Assembly: GCA_964594235.1 (NCBI GenBank)
Contig: CAZQMF010000001.1
Location: 22,509-86,508, forward strand
DNA: 64,000 nt
Direction: 5' to 3'
Source: an uncultured Acidimicrobiia bacterium
Lineage (GTDB): Bacteria > Actinomycetota > Acidimicrobiia > Spongiisociales > UBA4744
The translations under genes were made by a program, and so were the position numbers. A model generated the notes under the pieces. The model was not told the origin of the DNA. It saw only the letters and a program-made list of their open reading frames with translations, and made no database searches. Shown in pieces: positions 57,240-64,000 of the stretch; position 1 is the first letter of the stretch; each line of letters opens with the position of its first letter.

Positions 57240-58283
57240 CTATTTGAGGTCGGCGAGCGCCTCGGTGGCAGTCCAGGATCGATCGTTCTGCAGCGGGCCG
57301 GGTTGGCCTGGAACCGGTGCCCCAAACCCCCCTTCGACAGCCGACTGAAGCGCGGTGAGAAAGCCCCGCAGCTGCCGAGGAAGCGGGAAGTACTCGTCTT
57401 CGTCGGTGACCGACAGCAGCCGGTATCCGTCGCGGGGAGCGACTCTCTCGATGACTTCCTGAACCAGATGGTCAGGCGCGGACGCCCCGGCGGTCACTCC
57501 GACGACCCTGGCGTCGTCGAGCCAATCGTCATCGATCTGGGAGGCTGAGTCGACCCGGTAGGTCGGCGTTCCCTCTCGACGGGCCACTCGCACGAGGGCC
57601 TGAGTGTTGGAACTACTCGCCGATCCGACGACGAGGATGACATCGGAGCCGCCGGCGAGGGACTTGACAGCCTCCTGCCGATTGGTGGTCGCGTAGCAGA
57701 GGTCACTGCGTCGGGCCGTTTGGAGGCCGACGAACCGGTCTTGTGCCGACTCGAGAACCGTCTCCCATTCGTGGAGGCCGAGTGTCGTCTGTGCCAGGAG
57801 CGCTACCTTGGACTGATCACGCGGCCTGTACTCATCGAGCGACTGGTTGGGTTCGACGAGGTGCATCGCGTCGGGGGCGACGGCGATCGTTCCGGTCGCC
57901 TCATCGTGTCCTTCGTGGCCCACATAGATGATGTCGTAACCCTGCTGGGACATCCGCTTGACCTCGTGATGGACCTTCGTCACGAGTGGACAGACTGCGT
58001 CGATGACGACTCCAGCTCGTTCTGCAGCGGCGGCCACGACGTCGGGGGCGGACCCATGGGCGGACAGCATGAGTGGCGCCCCGGCCGGCACGGATGCGAT
58101 GTCGTCGACGAACACGACGCCCATGTGCTCGAACGCGCCCACGACCCAGCGGTTGTGGACGATCTCGTGGTAACAGTAGACGGGAGGGTCGAACACTCGC
58201 ACCATCCACGTGAGTGCTTTGATGGCCATCTCGACGCCGGCACAGAAACCGCGAGGTTCCGCCAAGAGCACATGGTCGACCAT
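57240..58283 (-). CDS. ispH: 4-hydroxy-3-methylbut-2-enyl diphosphate reductase
   Basis: N-terminus LLAEPRGFCAGVEMAI and the conserved Cys/His pattern of IspH/LytB. 347 aa. Confidence 0.93.
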   Translation of the reverse strand: MVDHVLLAEPRGFCAGVEMAIKALTWMVRVFDPPVYCYHEIVHNRWVVGAFEHMGVVFVDDIASVPAGAPLMLSAHGSAPDVVAAAAERAGVVIDAVCPLVTKVHHEVKRMSQQGYDIIYVGHEGHDEATGTIAVAPDAMHLVEPNQSLDEYRPRDQSKVALLAQTTLGLHEWETVLESAQDRFVGLQTARRSDLCYATTNRQEAVKSLAGGSDVILVVGSASSSNTQALVRVARREGTPTYRVDSASQIDDDWLDDARVVGVTAGASAPDHLVQEVIERVAPRDGYRLLSVTDEDEYFPLPRQLRGFLTALQSAVEGGFGAPVPGQPGPLQNDRSWTATEALADLK

Positions 58284-58345
58284 GTGACAGATGGTACAGA
58301 GAACTGGGGGTAGGGCTCGCGCAGCGAGCCTCCACTACCGTTGGC

Positions 58346-59674
58346 GTGACCGGAGGAACCGTTGTGAGCAGGACGCCCGTTGTGGCCGTTGTCGGCCGCC
58401 CCAATGTCGGCAAGTCGAGCCTCGTCAATCGAGTGCTGGGACGTCGCATCGCGGTCGTCGATGAGCAACCGGGTGTTACGAGAGATCGTCGTGAGTTTCG
58501 TGCCGATTGGGCAGGGAGGGAGTTCCTGATCGTCGACACCGGAGGATGGGAGGTCGCTCCGAGTGAGGAGTTGGTCGCCGCGATCTCCGGACAGGCGGAG
58601 GCCGCCCTTGGTGCCGCGGATCTCGTCCTGTTTGTGGTCGACGCGACGACGGGCGTCTCCGAGGATGATGCCCGAGTGGCCCGGCTCCTTCGCGACGCTC
58701 CGGTGATTCTGGTCGCGAACAAGGTCGACGATGCCAAACAGGAGCCGGATGTGGCCGAGCTATGGCAGCTCGGCCTCGGCGAGCCTTCCGCCGTTTCGGC
58801 ACTCCACGGCAGGGGAGTAGGGGACTTGCTCGATAGGGTCGTCGGGCGCCTTCCCGAGCTTCCAGAAGGACCCACCGAGGAGATGAAGAGCCTTGCGATC
58901 ATCGGCAGGCCCAACGTCGGCAAGTCGACGCTACTGAACAGGCTCCTGGGGGAGGAGCGGGTGCTGGTATCGCCGACGCCCGGAACCACACGGGACCCGA
59001 TCGATGTGGTCACGCAGATCGGGGAGCATCGCTTCCGGGTAGTGGACACTGCCGGGATTCGCCGAGCCCCGAAAGTCAAGGAGGCGGCGGACTACTACTC
59101 GGTCCTGCGGGCGAAAGGGACACTCGCGGAGGCAGATGTTGCACTCTTGGTCGTCGATGCCGTTGACGGGATCGTGCAACAGGATCAGCGCATTGCCCAG
59201 GCCGCGGAGGAGTCAGGCGCTGGACTGGTGGTGCTGGTCAACAAGTGGGACGGTGCGGATCGAGAACAACGAGAGATTGCCATTGAAGATGTCGTGGATC
59301 GACTTGGGTTCGTCGGTTGGGCGCCTCTCCTGAGGATCTCCGCCCTCACAGGACGTGGGGTTCACCGGCTCGCACCGGCCCTCGATGAGGTCCTTGAATC
59401 GCGGGAGTTCCGCGTCGGGACCGGGACGCTCAATCGCTTGGTCCGGGAGTGGCAGGAGGCTCATGCTCCGCCGACGAGGAAGGGACGCCGGTCGCGCATC
59501 CTGTACGCCGTGCAGGCCGGTACTTCGCCACCCACGTTTGTGTTGTTTGTTGGGGGCGGAGAGCTCGACGTGAGCTACCTCCGCTATCTGGAGCGACGAC
59601 TGAGAGATGAGTTCCCTTTCACGGGAACACCGGTTCGGTTGATCGCCAGACGGAGGAAGGCGCCACCGAGGTAG
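58346..59674 (+). CDS. der: Ribosome-associated GTPase Der/EngA
   Basis: Two tandem G domains (GRPNVGKSSLVN and GRPNVGKSTLLN) plus a KH-like C-terminus. Confidence 0.92.
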   Translation: MTGGTVVSRTPVVAVVGRPNVGKSSLVNRVLGRRIAVVDEQPGVTRDRREFRADWAGREFLIVDTGGWEVAPSEELVAAISGQAEAALGAADLVLFVVDATTGVSEDDARVARLLRDAPVILVANKVDDAKQEPDVAELWQLGLGEPSAVSALHGRGVGDLLDRVVGRLPELPEGPTEEMKSLAIIGRPNVGKSTLLNRLLGEERVLVSPTPGTTRDPIDVVTQIGEHRFRVVDTAGIRRAPKVKEAADYYSVLRAKGTLAEADVALLVVDAVDGIVQQDQRIAQAAEESGAGLVVLVNKWDGADREQREIAIEDVVDRLGFVGWAPLLRISALTGRGVHRLAPALDEVLESREFRVGTGTLNRLVREWQEAHAPPTRKGRRSRILYAVQAGTSPPTFVLFVGGGELDVSYLRYLERRLRDEFPFTGTPVRLIARRRKAPPR

Positions 59675-59703
59675 CATCCACCTCGGACTCACGAAAGGGC
59701 GCA

Positions 59704-61068
59704 ATGCGTACGGTTTACGCACTCTCGGGCGGCGTGTCCAAGTTCGCCAAGGCTCGTCCGGACAAGACGTTCCAGGCGGTGATCAAGGAGGCGTACGACG
59801 CCGCGATCACCGATCTTGGGCTCGACTTCCGAACGTTCACGTCGGTGGTGGACGGATCCGTCGCCTCGTACTTCTCCGACCACTTCAGCAGGCAGCTGAT
59901 GGCCGGCATCATGGCCCAGGATTACCTCGGGCTTGTCCCGAAACCAGGACACCGTGTCGAAGGCGGTGGCGCGACCGGTGGCCTGTGTTTCCAGGAGGCA
60001 TGGAAGTCGGTCGCCTCCGGACACATGGACGTCTGTGTCGCCTACGGCTTCGAGACGATGAGCCACGTGGAAACCTGGAAGGGAAACGAGTTCATCGCCT
60101 TGGCGTCGGACGTGTCGTGGGACTACCCGGTGGGGGGGTTCTATTCGGGCTACTACGCCATGATGGTCACTCGCCATATGAAGGAGTTCGGAACCACCCC
60201 CGAACAGATGGCGGCCGTGTCGGTGAAGAACCACCGCAACGCGTATCACAACCCGTACGCGCAGAAGCGCAACCGGTACACGATCGAAGACGTTCGCAGC
60301 GCGCCGATGGTCGCCTGGCCGCTGACGCGGCTCGACATCTGCGTCATGTCGGATGGCGCGGCGGTCACGGTCCTCGCCTCCGAGGAAGGACTGGAGAAGC
60401 TCGAGGCGGCAGGAGCGGCGGTGACGCGTCCCCTGGTCAAGGTGACCGGCATCGGTCGTGGCACCGATGCAATGCGTATGTCGGACCGACCGCACGTCGA
60501 CTACGAGACGTTCATGCGTGACTACGCCACAGAACAAGAGAAGTCCTCCGACGAGACGCGTGCCTACTACAAGAGATTGTGGAAACACGGCACCCGCTAT
60601 CCGGGCGTGCACTCGTTCCGGGCGGGCCGCACCGCAGGCAACATGGCGTACCGGCAAGCCGGGGTCGGGGACCCGCTCGCCGAGTTGGACTTCATCGAGC
60701 TGCACGACGCCTATACGTCGTCCGAGCTTCAGACCTACGAGGACATGGGGCTGTGCCTCTACGGAGAAGGCGGCGAGTTTGCAGCGTCAGGAAAGGCGTT
60801 CTTGCCGGGAATCGACTATGGGCTCGACCTGCCCGATGACCCGATCACGCCAGTCAACCCTTCAGGGGGCCTGATCGCCTGCGGTCATCCGGTCGGCGCA
60901 ACCGGCCTCATGCAGGGCGTCTTCGCCATCTGGCAGCTTCAAGGATCAATCGGAGACCACTTCGGGGATTCGATGCTGCAAGTGGCCGACGCGAAACGGG
61001 GTGCAATCCACTCCCATGCCGGGACAGGCACCTACGTCACCGTGAGCGTGCTCGAGAGGGAGGACTGA
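59704..61068 (+). CDS. Thiolase-fold (SCP-x/Ltp-type) protein lacking the nucleophilic Cys
   Basis: 454 aa. VEGGGATGGLCFQEAWKSVASG aligns to the thiolase VEAACASGG... block with Gly at the Cys position. C-terminal NPSGGLIACGHPVGATG block is retained. Confidence 0.85.
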   Translation: MRTVYALSGGVSKFAKARPDKTFQAVIKEAYDAAITDLGLDFRTFTSVVDGSVASYFSDHFSRQLMAGIMAQDYLGLVPKPGHRVEGGGATGGLCFQEAWKSVASGHMDVCVAYGFETMSHVETWKGNEFIALASDVSWDYPVGGFYSGYYAMMVTRHMKEFGTTPEQMAAVSVKNHRNAYHNPYAQKRNRYTIEDVRSAPMVAWPLTRLDICVMSDGAAVTVLASEEGLEKLEAAGAAVTRPLVKVTGIGRGTDAMRMSDRPHVDYETFMRDYATEQEKSSDETRAYYKRLWKHGTRYPGVHSFRAGRTAGNMAYRQAGVGDPLAELDFIELHDAYTSSELQTYEDMGLCLYGEGGEFAASGKAFLPGIDYGLDLPDDPITPVNPSGGLIACGHPVGATGLMQGVFAIWQLQGSIGDHFGDSMLQVADAKRGAIHSHAGTGTYVTVSVLERED

Positions 61069-61069
61069 C

Positions 61070-61615
61070 ATGACGAAGCTGCCAGACCGCCGAGAAGAGA
61101 CACTCGGCGGCTACGTGGTTCACGGTGTTCCGTTCCCTGTCGAAACGGATCCGGATGCGCTTGCCTTCCTCAAGCGGATGGCACCGCTGCAGATAGAGCA
61201 GGAGTATTCGATCACGTACCTGCACTCATACGGACAGGACAGCCCCTGGTTCGCCGGAGTCACCAATAAGACACTCCTCGCCAGCCAGGATCCCGAGTCG
61301 GGGTACACCTATGCAACGCCTCGTGGTCACGATATGTACTCGGGCGAGGAGACGAGCTGGATCGACATCACCGACCGCACGGCAAAGGTTCACGCGTTCA
61401 CTGTGTGCTACTTTGGATCGGAGGAGTTCCTTCCGGAAACGCCGTTCGTGCTGGCCCTCATCGAGTACGAGGGAGTGAATACGTTGTTCCTGACCCGGAT
61501 CATGGGTCTCGAGCTGGACGACGTGTCGCTCGACTGGATCGGGATGGAGGTCACACCCCGGTTCCTGCGCAACAGCAAGCTGAAGCCGACGGATGTCTAC
61601 TTCGTCCCTGCCTGA
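61070..61615 (+). CDS. DUF35/OB-fold partner protein (no zinc-ribbon cysteines)
   Basis: Starts 2 nt after the thiolase-fold gene. OB-fold-like C-terminus (VHAFTVCYF...FVLALIEYEGV...GMEVTPRF). Family call is by context and pattern. Confidence 0.7.
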   Translation: MTKLPDRREETLGGYVVHGVPFPVETDPDALAFLKRMAPLQIEQEYSITYLHSYGQDSPWFAGVTNKTLLASQDPESGYTYATPRGHDMYSGEETSWIDITDRTAKVHAFTVCYFGSEEFLPETPFVLALIEYEGVNTLFLTRIMGLELDDVSLDWIGMEVTPRFLRNSKLKPTDVYFVPA

Positions 61616-61625
61616 CCAGAATGCC

Positions 61626-61653
61626 GACGGGGAGGGCGACGTCCCTCCCCGTC
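61626..61653 (+). terminator. Strong GC hairpin terminator candidate
   Basis: GACGGGGAGGG-CGACGT-CCCTCCCCGTC: perfect 11-bp stem, 10 nt after the DUF35 stop, followed by cgttcgggtttcg. Confidence 0.6.
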
Positions 61654-61785
61654 CGTTCGGGTTTCGAACAATCGTCGTGTTGATCGCCCTCTACCTCGGG
61701 TACCGGGTCGTGCAGGGCATCGTGTGGGCGGTCCACCGGCTGGGGGGATGACGTCTGGGATAGCGACGGTATCATTCGAACTCTT

Positions 61786-61863
61786 CGGGCTGTGGCGCAG
61801 CTTGGTTAGCGCGCTTGACTGGGGGTCAAGAGGTCGCCGGTTCAAATCCGGCCAGCCCGACCA
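61786..61863 (+). tRNA. tRNA-Pro (anticodon GGG), CCA-encoded
   Basis: Manual cloverleaf: acceptor CGGGCTG/CAGCCCG, D stem GCGC/GCGC, anticodon stem CTTGA/TCAAG with loop CTGGGGG, T arm GCCGG-TTCAAAT-CCGGC, discriminator A, CCA. Confidence 0.9.
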
Positions 61864-61870
61864 AGTCTGG

Positions 61871-61911
61871 TGAGGCCGGCTGTGGGCCGTAACGGCGCGA
61901 AGCCGGCCTCA
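61871..61911 (+). terminator. Hairpin downstream of tRNA-Pro
   Basis: TGAGGCCGGCT-N19-AGCCGGCCTCA: perfect 11-bp arms. Confidence 0.45.
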
Positions 61912-61954
61912 GAACGTACCGACGCGCGGCTCCCGCGGTCAGGCTCGATCTGGG

Positions 61955-61960
61955 TAACAT
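61955..61960 (+). promoter_or_regulatory. Candidate -10 hexamer for a leaderless ORF
   Basis: TAACAT ends 6 nt before the A of ATG 61967. Confidence 0.35.
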
Positions 61961-61966
61961 TGACAT

Positions 61967-62218
61967 ATGGAACGTTTCGACGTTGGGGCCGTCGTCAAGC
62001 TCGACCGGGGAGTAGGGGTGGTCACCGTGCCGATCAGCGATCAGGCAGCGGGCCACGTACTGACCATGCGTGACGGTCATCTCGTGGGGATGCCCGTCGA
62101 TCTCGGAGACATCATGGGGGCTGACGAGGCAAGCGAAGGGTTCGCACAGCTTGCCTACCAGATGATCAGACTTGGGAGTGCGGTGATTGAACAACGCCTT
62201 CTCGTGTACCGCCGCTGA
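61967..62218 (+). CDS. Hypothetical protein (83 aa)
   Basis: ORF with mostly G/C third positions. Leaderless promoter geometry. No recognisable motif. Confidence 0.4.
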   Translation: MERFDVGAVVKLDRGVGVVTVPISDQAAGHVLTMRDGHLVGMPVDLGDIMGADEASEGFAQLAYQMIRLGSAVIEQRLLVYRR

Positions 62219-62388
62219 GTTCGCTCGAGTCTGCACATGTTCCTTGCGCCGATCGGTTGGCAAATGATGGGCCGGTGCTGTTGGCGATGCTCATCGCGAG
62301 GGCTAACCTTTGACCAGTTCCCGAGAGCTGTCGTGAAGGCAGCTCCGGCGAACATGAAGGAATGGGAAAACCTACGGAGGGTTGTACT

Positions 62389-64000
62389 GTGAGAAAATCA
62401 CGGAGACTCTGGACGTGGATCGCGGTCGTGGCGCTGTTGGCGCTCGTCGCTGCGGCCTGCGGCCAGGGAACCACCACTGAGTCCACCACTACCACGGAAG
62501 CAGGCGCAACGACGACGACCGCAGCAAGCGGTGCGACGACGACCACGGCTGCCACCGGCAGTGCGGGCTTTACATACAAGCTTGGCATTTTCGAGGATCT
62601 GACAACGGACAACTACTGGTCCTACTTGGACGCAGAGTCGTCGGTGTGGAACGGATACGTTCTCGGAAACCAGCACACATCACTATTCACGCTGGCCGCG
62701 CCGTCGTGGCAGCTCGTGCCCGGCATCGCGGAAGGCGCTCCTGAAGCAGCCGTGCAAGAGGGTGACGTCTGGACTGTGACTCAGACCTTGCGTCAGGGTT
62801 TCATGTGGTCGGACGGGCAGCCGGTGACGGCCAACGACTTCGTGTTCACGTGGGACACGGGTACGCAGCTTGGCGTCGGTGGCAACTGGTCGACCAGCCT
62901 GGCCCAGTACCAGCCTGACGATCCCGCAACGACGGATGTCGATGAGACGGTCGACGGTGTGATCAAGGTTGAAGCGGTGGACGACTACACCGTCAAGATC
63001 ACCTTCTCATCCGATCCTGGGCTGGCGATTTGGCAGTTCGGCATTGGACTCATGCCGATCATGCCACAGCAGTTCTGGCAGTCCGTGGCCGACGAGGCAG
63101 CAGCCTCGGACGATCCCGCGAAGACGCTCGAAGCTGCGTCCGGTGAGGGAGAGCCCTCCGCTGGAGCGTTCATCTACGACAGCCGGGAGCCTGGTGCGTT
63201 CGCGAAGAACGTTGCCAACCCGGACAGCTACTACAACGGCACGACGTACAAGTTCTACAGCGACGGTACGTTCGAGCAGGTGAACGACGCCAAGGGCTTC
63301 GACGAGATGTACGACGGCACGGGAACCGGCGACGTGACCCTCCAGTACACGGATGGACCGTACGCCAAGGACGTGATCTACTCGATCTACTCGGACCAGA
63401 ACGCCGCCATCCTTGCGCTGAAGAGTGGCGACATTCAGTTCATGCTCAACCCGAGCGGTCTGAACACTGGCCTGAAGAACGAAGTGCTCGGCTCGCCCGA
63501 GCTGACCCTGATCGCGAACGCCTCGAACGGTTTCCGCTACCTGTCGTTCAACATGAGGAAGTCCCCGATGAGTTTCCTGGGCTTCCGGCAGGCGATCGCG
63601 TGCTTGACGAACAAGGAGTTCCTCCAGACGTTGCTCGGTGGGGCGATCATCCCCACGTACAGCACGGTGCCCGAGGGCAACACCGCCTGGGCGAACCCGG
63701 ATGTGCAGCAGATCTGCAAGGGCATGGACGAAGAGGCCAGGTTCAACCAGGCGCTTCAGTACATGACGGATGCAGGCTTCACCTGGGACGTGACTCCGCA
63801 GTGGGATCCAGACAACCTGGACCTCATGGCTGGAACCGGTACCGGACTGAAGGACCCGAACGGCAAGGCAGTTCCGAGTCTCGAGCTGCTGGCTCCCGGA
63901 CCCGGCTACGACCCGCTTCGGTCGACGACGGCCATCTGGATCGCCCAGTGGGCGAGCTGGCTCGGCATTCCGCTCGAGGCGAACGCGACCGGTTTCAACG
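62389..64000 (+). CDS. ABC transporter substrate-binding lipoprotein, family 5 (peptide/nickel/opine type), 3' partial
   Basis: GTG 62389 lies 9 nt after GGAGG. Signal and lipobox LLALVAAACG, Thr-rich tether, then family-5 blocks (WSDGQPVTANDFVFTW). The frame is open to the window end. Confidence 0.85.
   Translation, partial: MRKSRRLWTWIAVVALLALVAAACGQGTTTESTTTTEAGATTTTAASGATTTTAATGSAGFTYKLGIFEDLTTDNYWSYLDAESSVWNGYVLGNQHTSLFTLAAPSWQLVPGIAEGAPEAAVQEGDVWTVTQTLRQGFMWSDGQPVTANDFVFTWDTGTQLGVGGNWSTSLAQYQPDDPATTDVDETVDGVIKVEAVDDYTVKITFSSDPGLAIWQFGIGLMPIMPQQFWQSVADEAAASDDPAKTLEAASGEGEPSAGAFIYDSREPGAFAKNVANPDSYYNGTTYKFYSDGTFEQVNDAKGFDEMYDGTGTGDVTLQYTDGPYAKDVIYSIYSDQNAAILALKSGDIQFMLNPSGLNTGLKNEVLGSPELTLIANASNGFRYLSFNMRKSPMSFLGFRQAIACLTNKEFLQTLLGGAIIPTYSTVPEGNTAWANPDVQQICKGMDEEARFNQALQYMTDAGFTWDVTPQWDPDNLDLMAGTGTGLKDPNGKAVPSLELLAPGPGYDPLRSTTAIWIAQWASWLGIPLEANATGFN

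Noticed and set aside
55801-59079. 380-aa (55801-56943) and 392-aa (57901-59079) minus-strand ORFs
   Set aside because: They are antisense or out of frame to aroA::cmk, ispH and der, all of which have clear catalytic motifs. The translations are Arg/Pro/Ser-rich.
61786-62388. Possible integrated element at the tRNA-Pro 3' flank
   Set aside because: There is no integrase, excisionase or phage gene. I did not notice a direct repeat of the tRNA 3' end in the window, and the flanking ABC binding protein looks like normal chromosome.

Overview
High-GC actinobacterial chromosome segment that is almost fully coding and gene-dense, with many 1-nt and 4-nt start/stop overlaps. All calls rest on motifs read from the ORF translations; no database search was possible. 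I found no CRISPR array, transposase, integrase or recognisable defence system.

Layout:
- 0.3-14.2 kb: polyamine-type uptake and catabolism island (mmsA, DAO-family flavoenzyme, amidohydrolase, potABCD, two aldehyde dehydrogenases, class-III aminotransferase, saccharopine-dehydrogenase-like reductase).
- 14.3-23.3 kb: MarR-MFS pair, a two-gene 2-oxoacid:ferredoxin oxidoreductase, a full-length formimidoyltransferase-cyclodeaminase, small Cys-rich ORFs and transporters.
- 24.3-26.2 kb: coupled ThiS/MoaD-like (C-terminal GG) + TtuA-type PP-loop thiolase + TrmI operon.
- 26.6-34.6 kb: complete, contiguous Pup-proteasome system (arc-dop-pup-prcB-prcA-pafA-pafB-pafC).
- 34.7-41.5 kb: tatA-tatC-helY, then lipid kinase, DUF4193, ppm1, GNAT and Nudix.
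- 44.1-59.7 kb: housekeeping block (tlyA-nadK-recN-pyrG-nudix-ald-xerD-dksA-like-M50-HD-scpA-scpB-rluB-aroA::cmk fusion, ispH, der).
- 59.7-64.0 kb: thiolase-fold/DUF35 pair, tRNA-Pro(GGG) and a partial family-5 solute-binding lipoprotein.

Most notable observations:
- The ubiquitin-like sulfur-carrier/TtuA/TrmI module sits directly beside the Pup system.
- AroA and Cmk are fused into one reading frame.
- The thiolase-fold protein has Gly at the nucleophile position, and its DUF35 partner has no Cys.
- The oxidoreductase beta subunit carries a gamma-like C-terminal domain.
- Several small Zn-ribbon or leaderless ORFs are absent from the ORF track.
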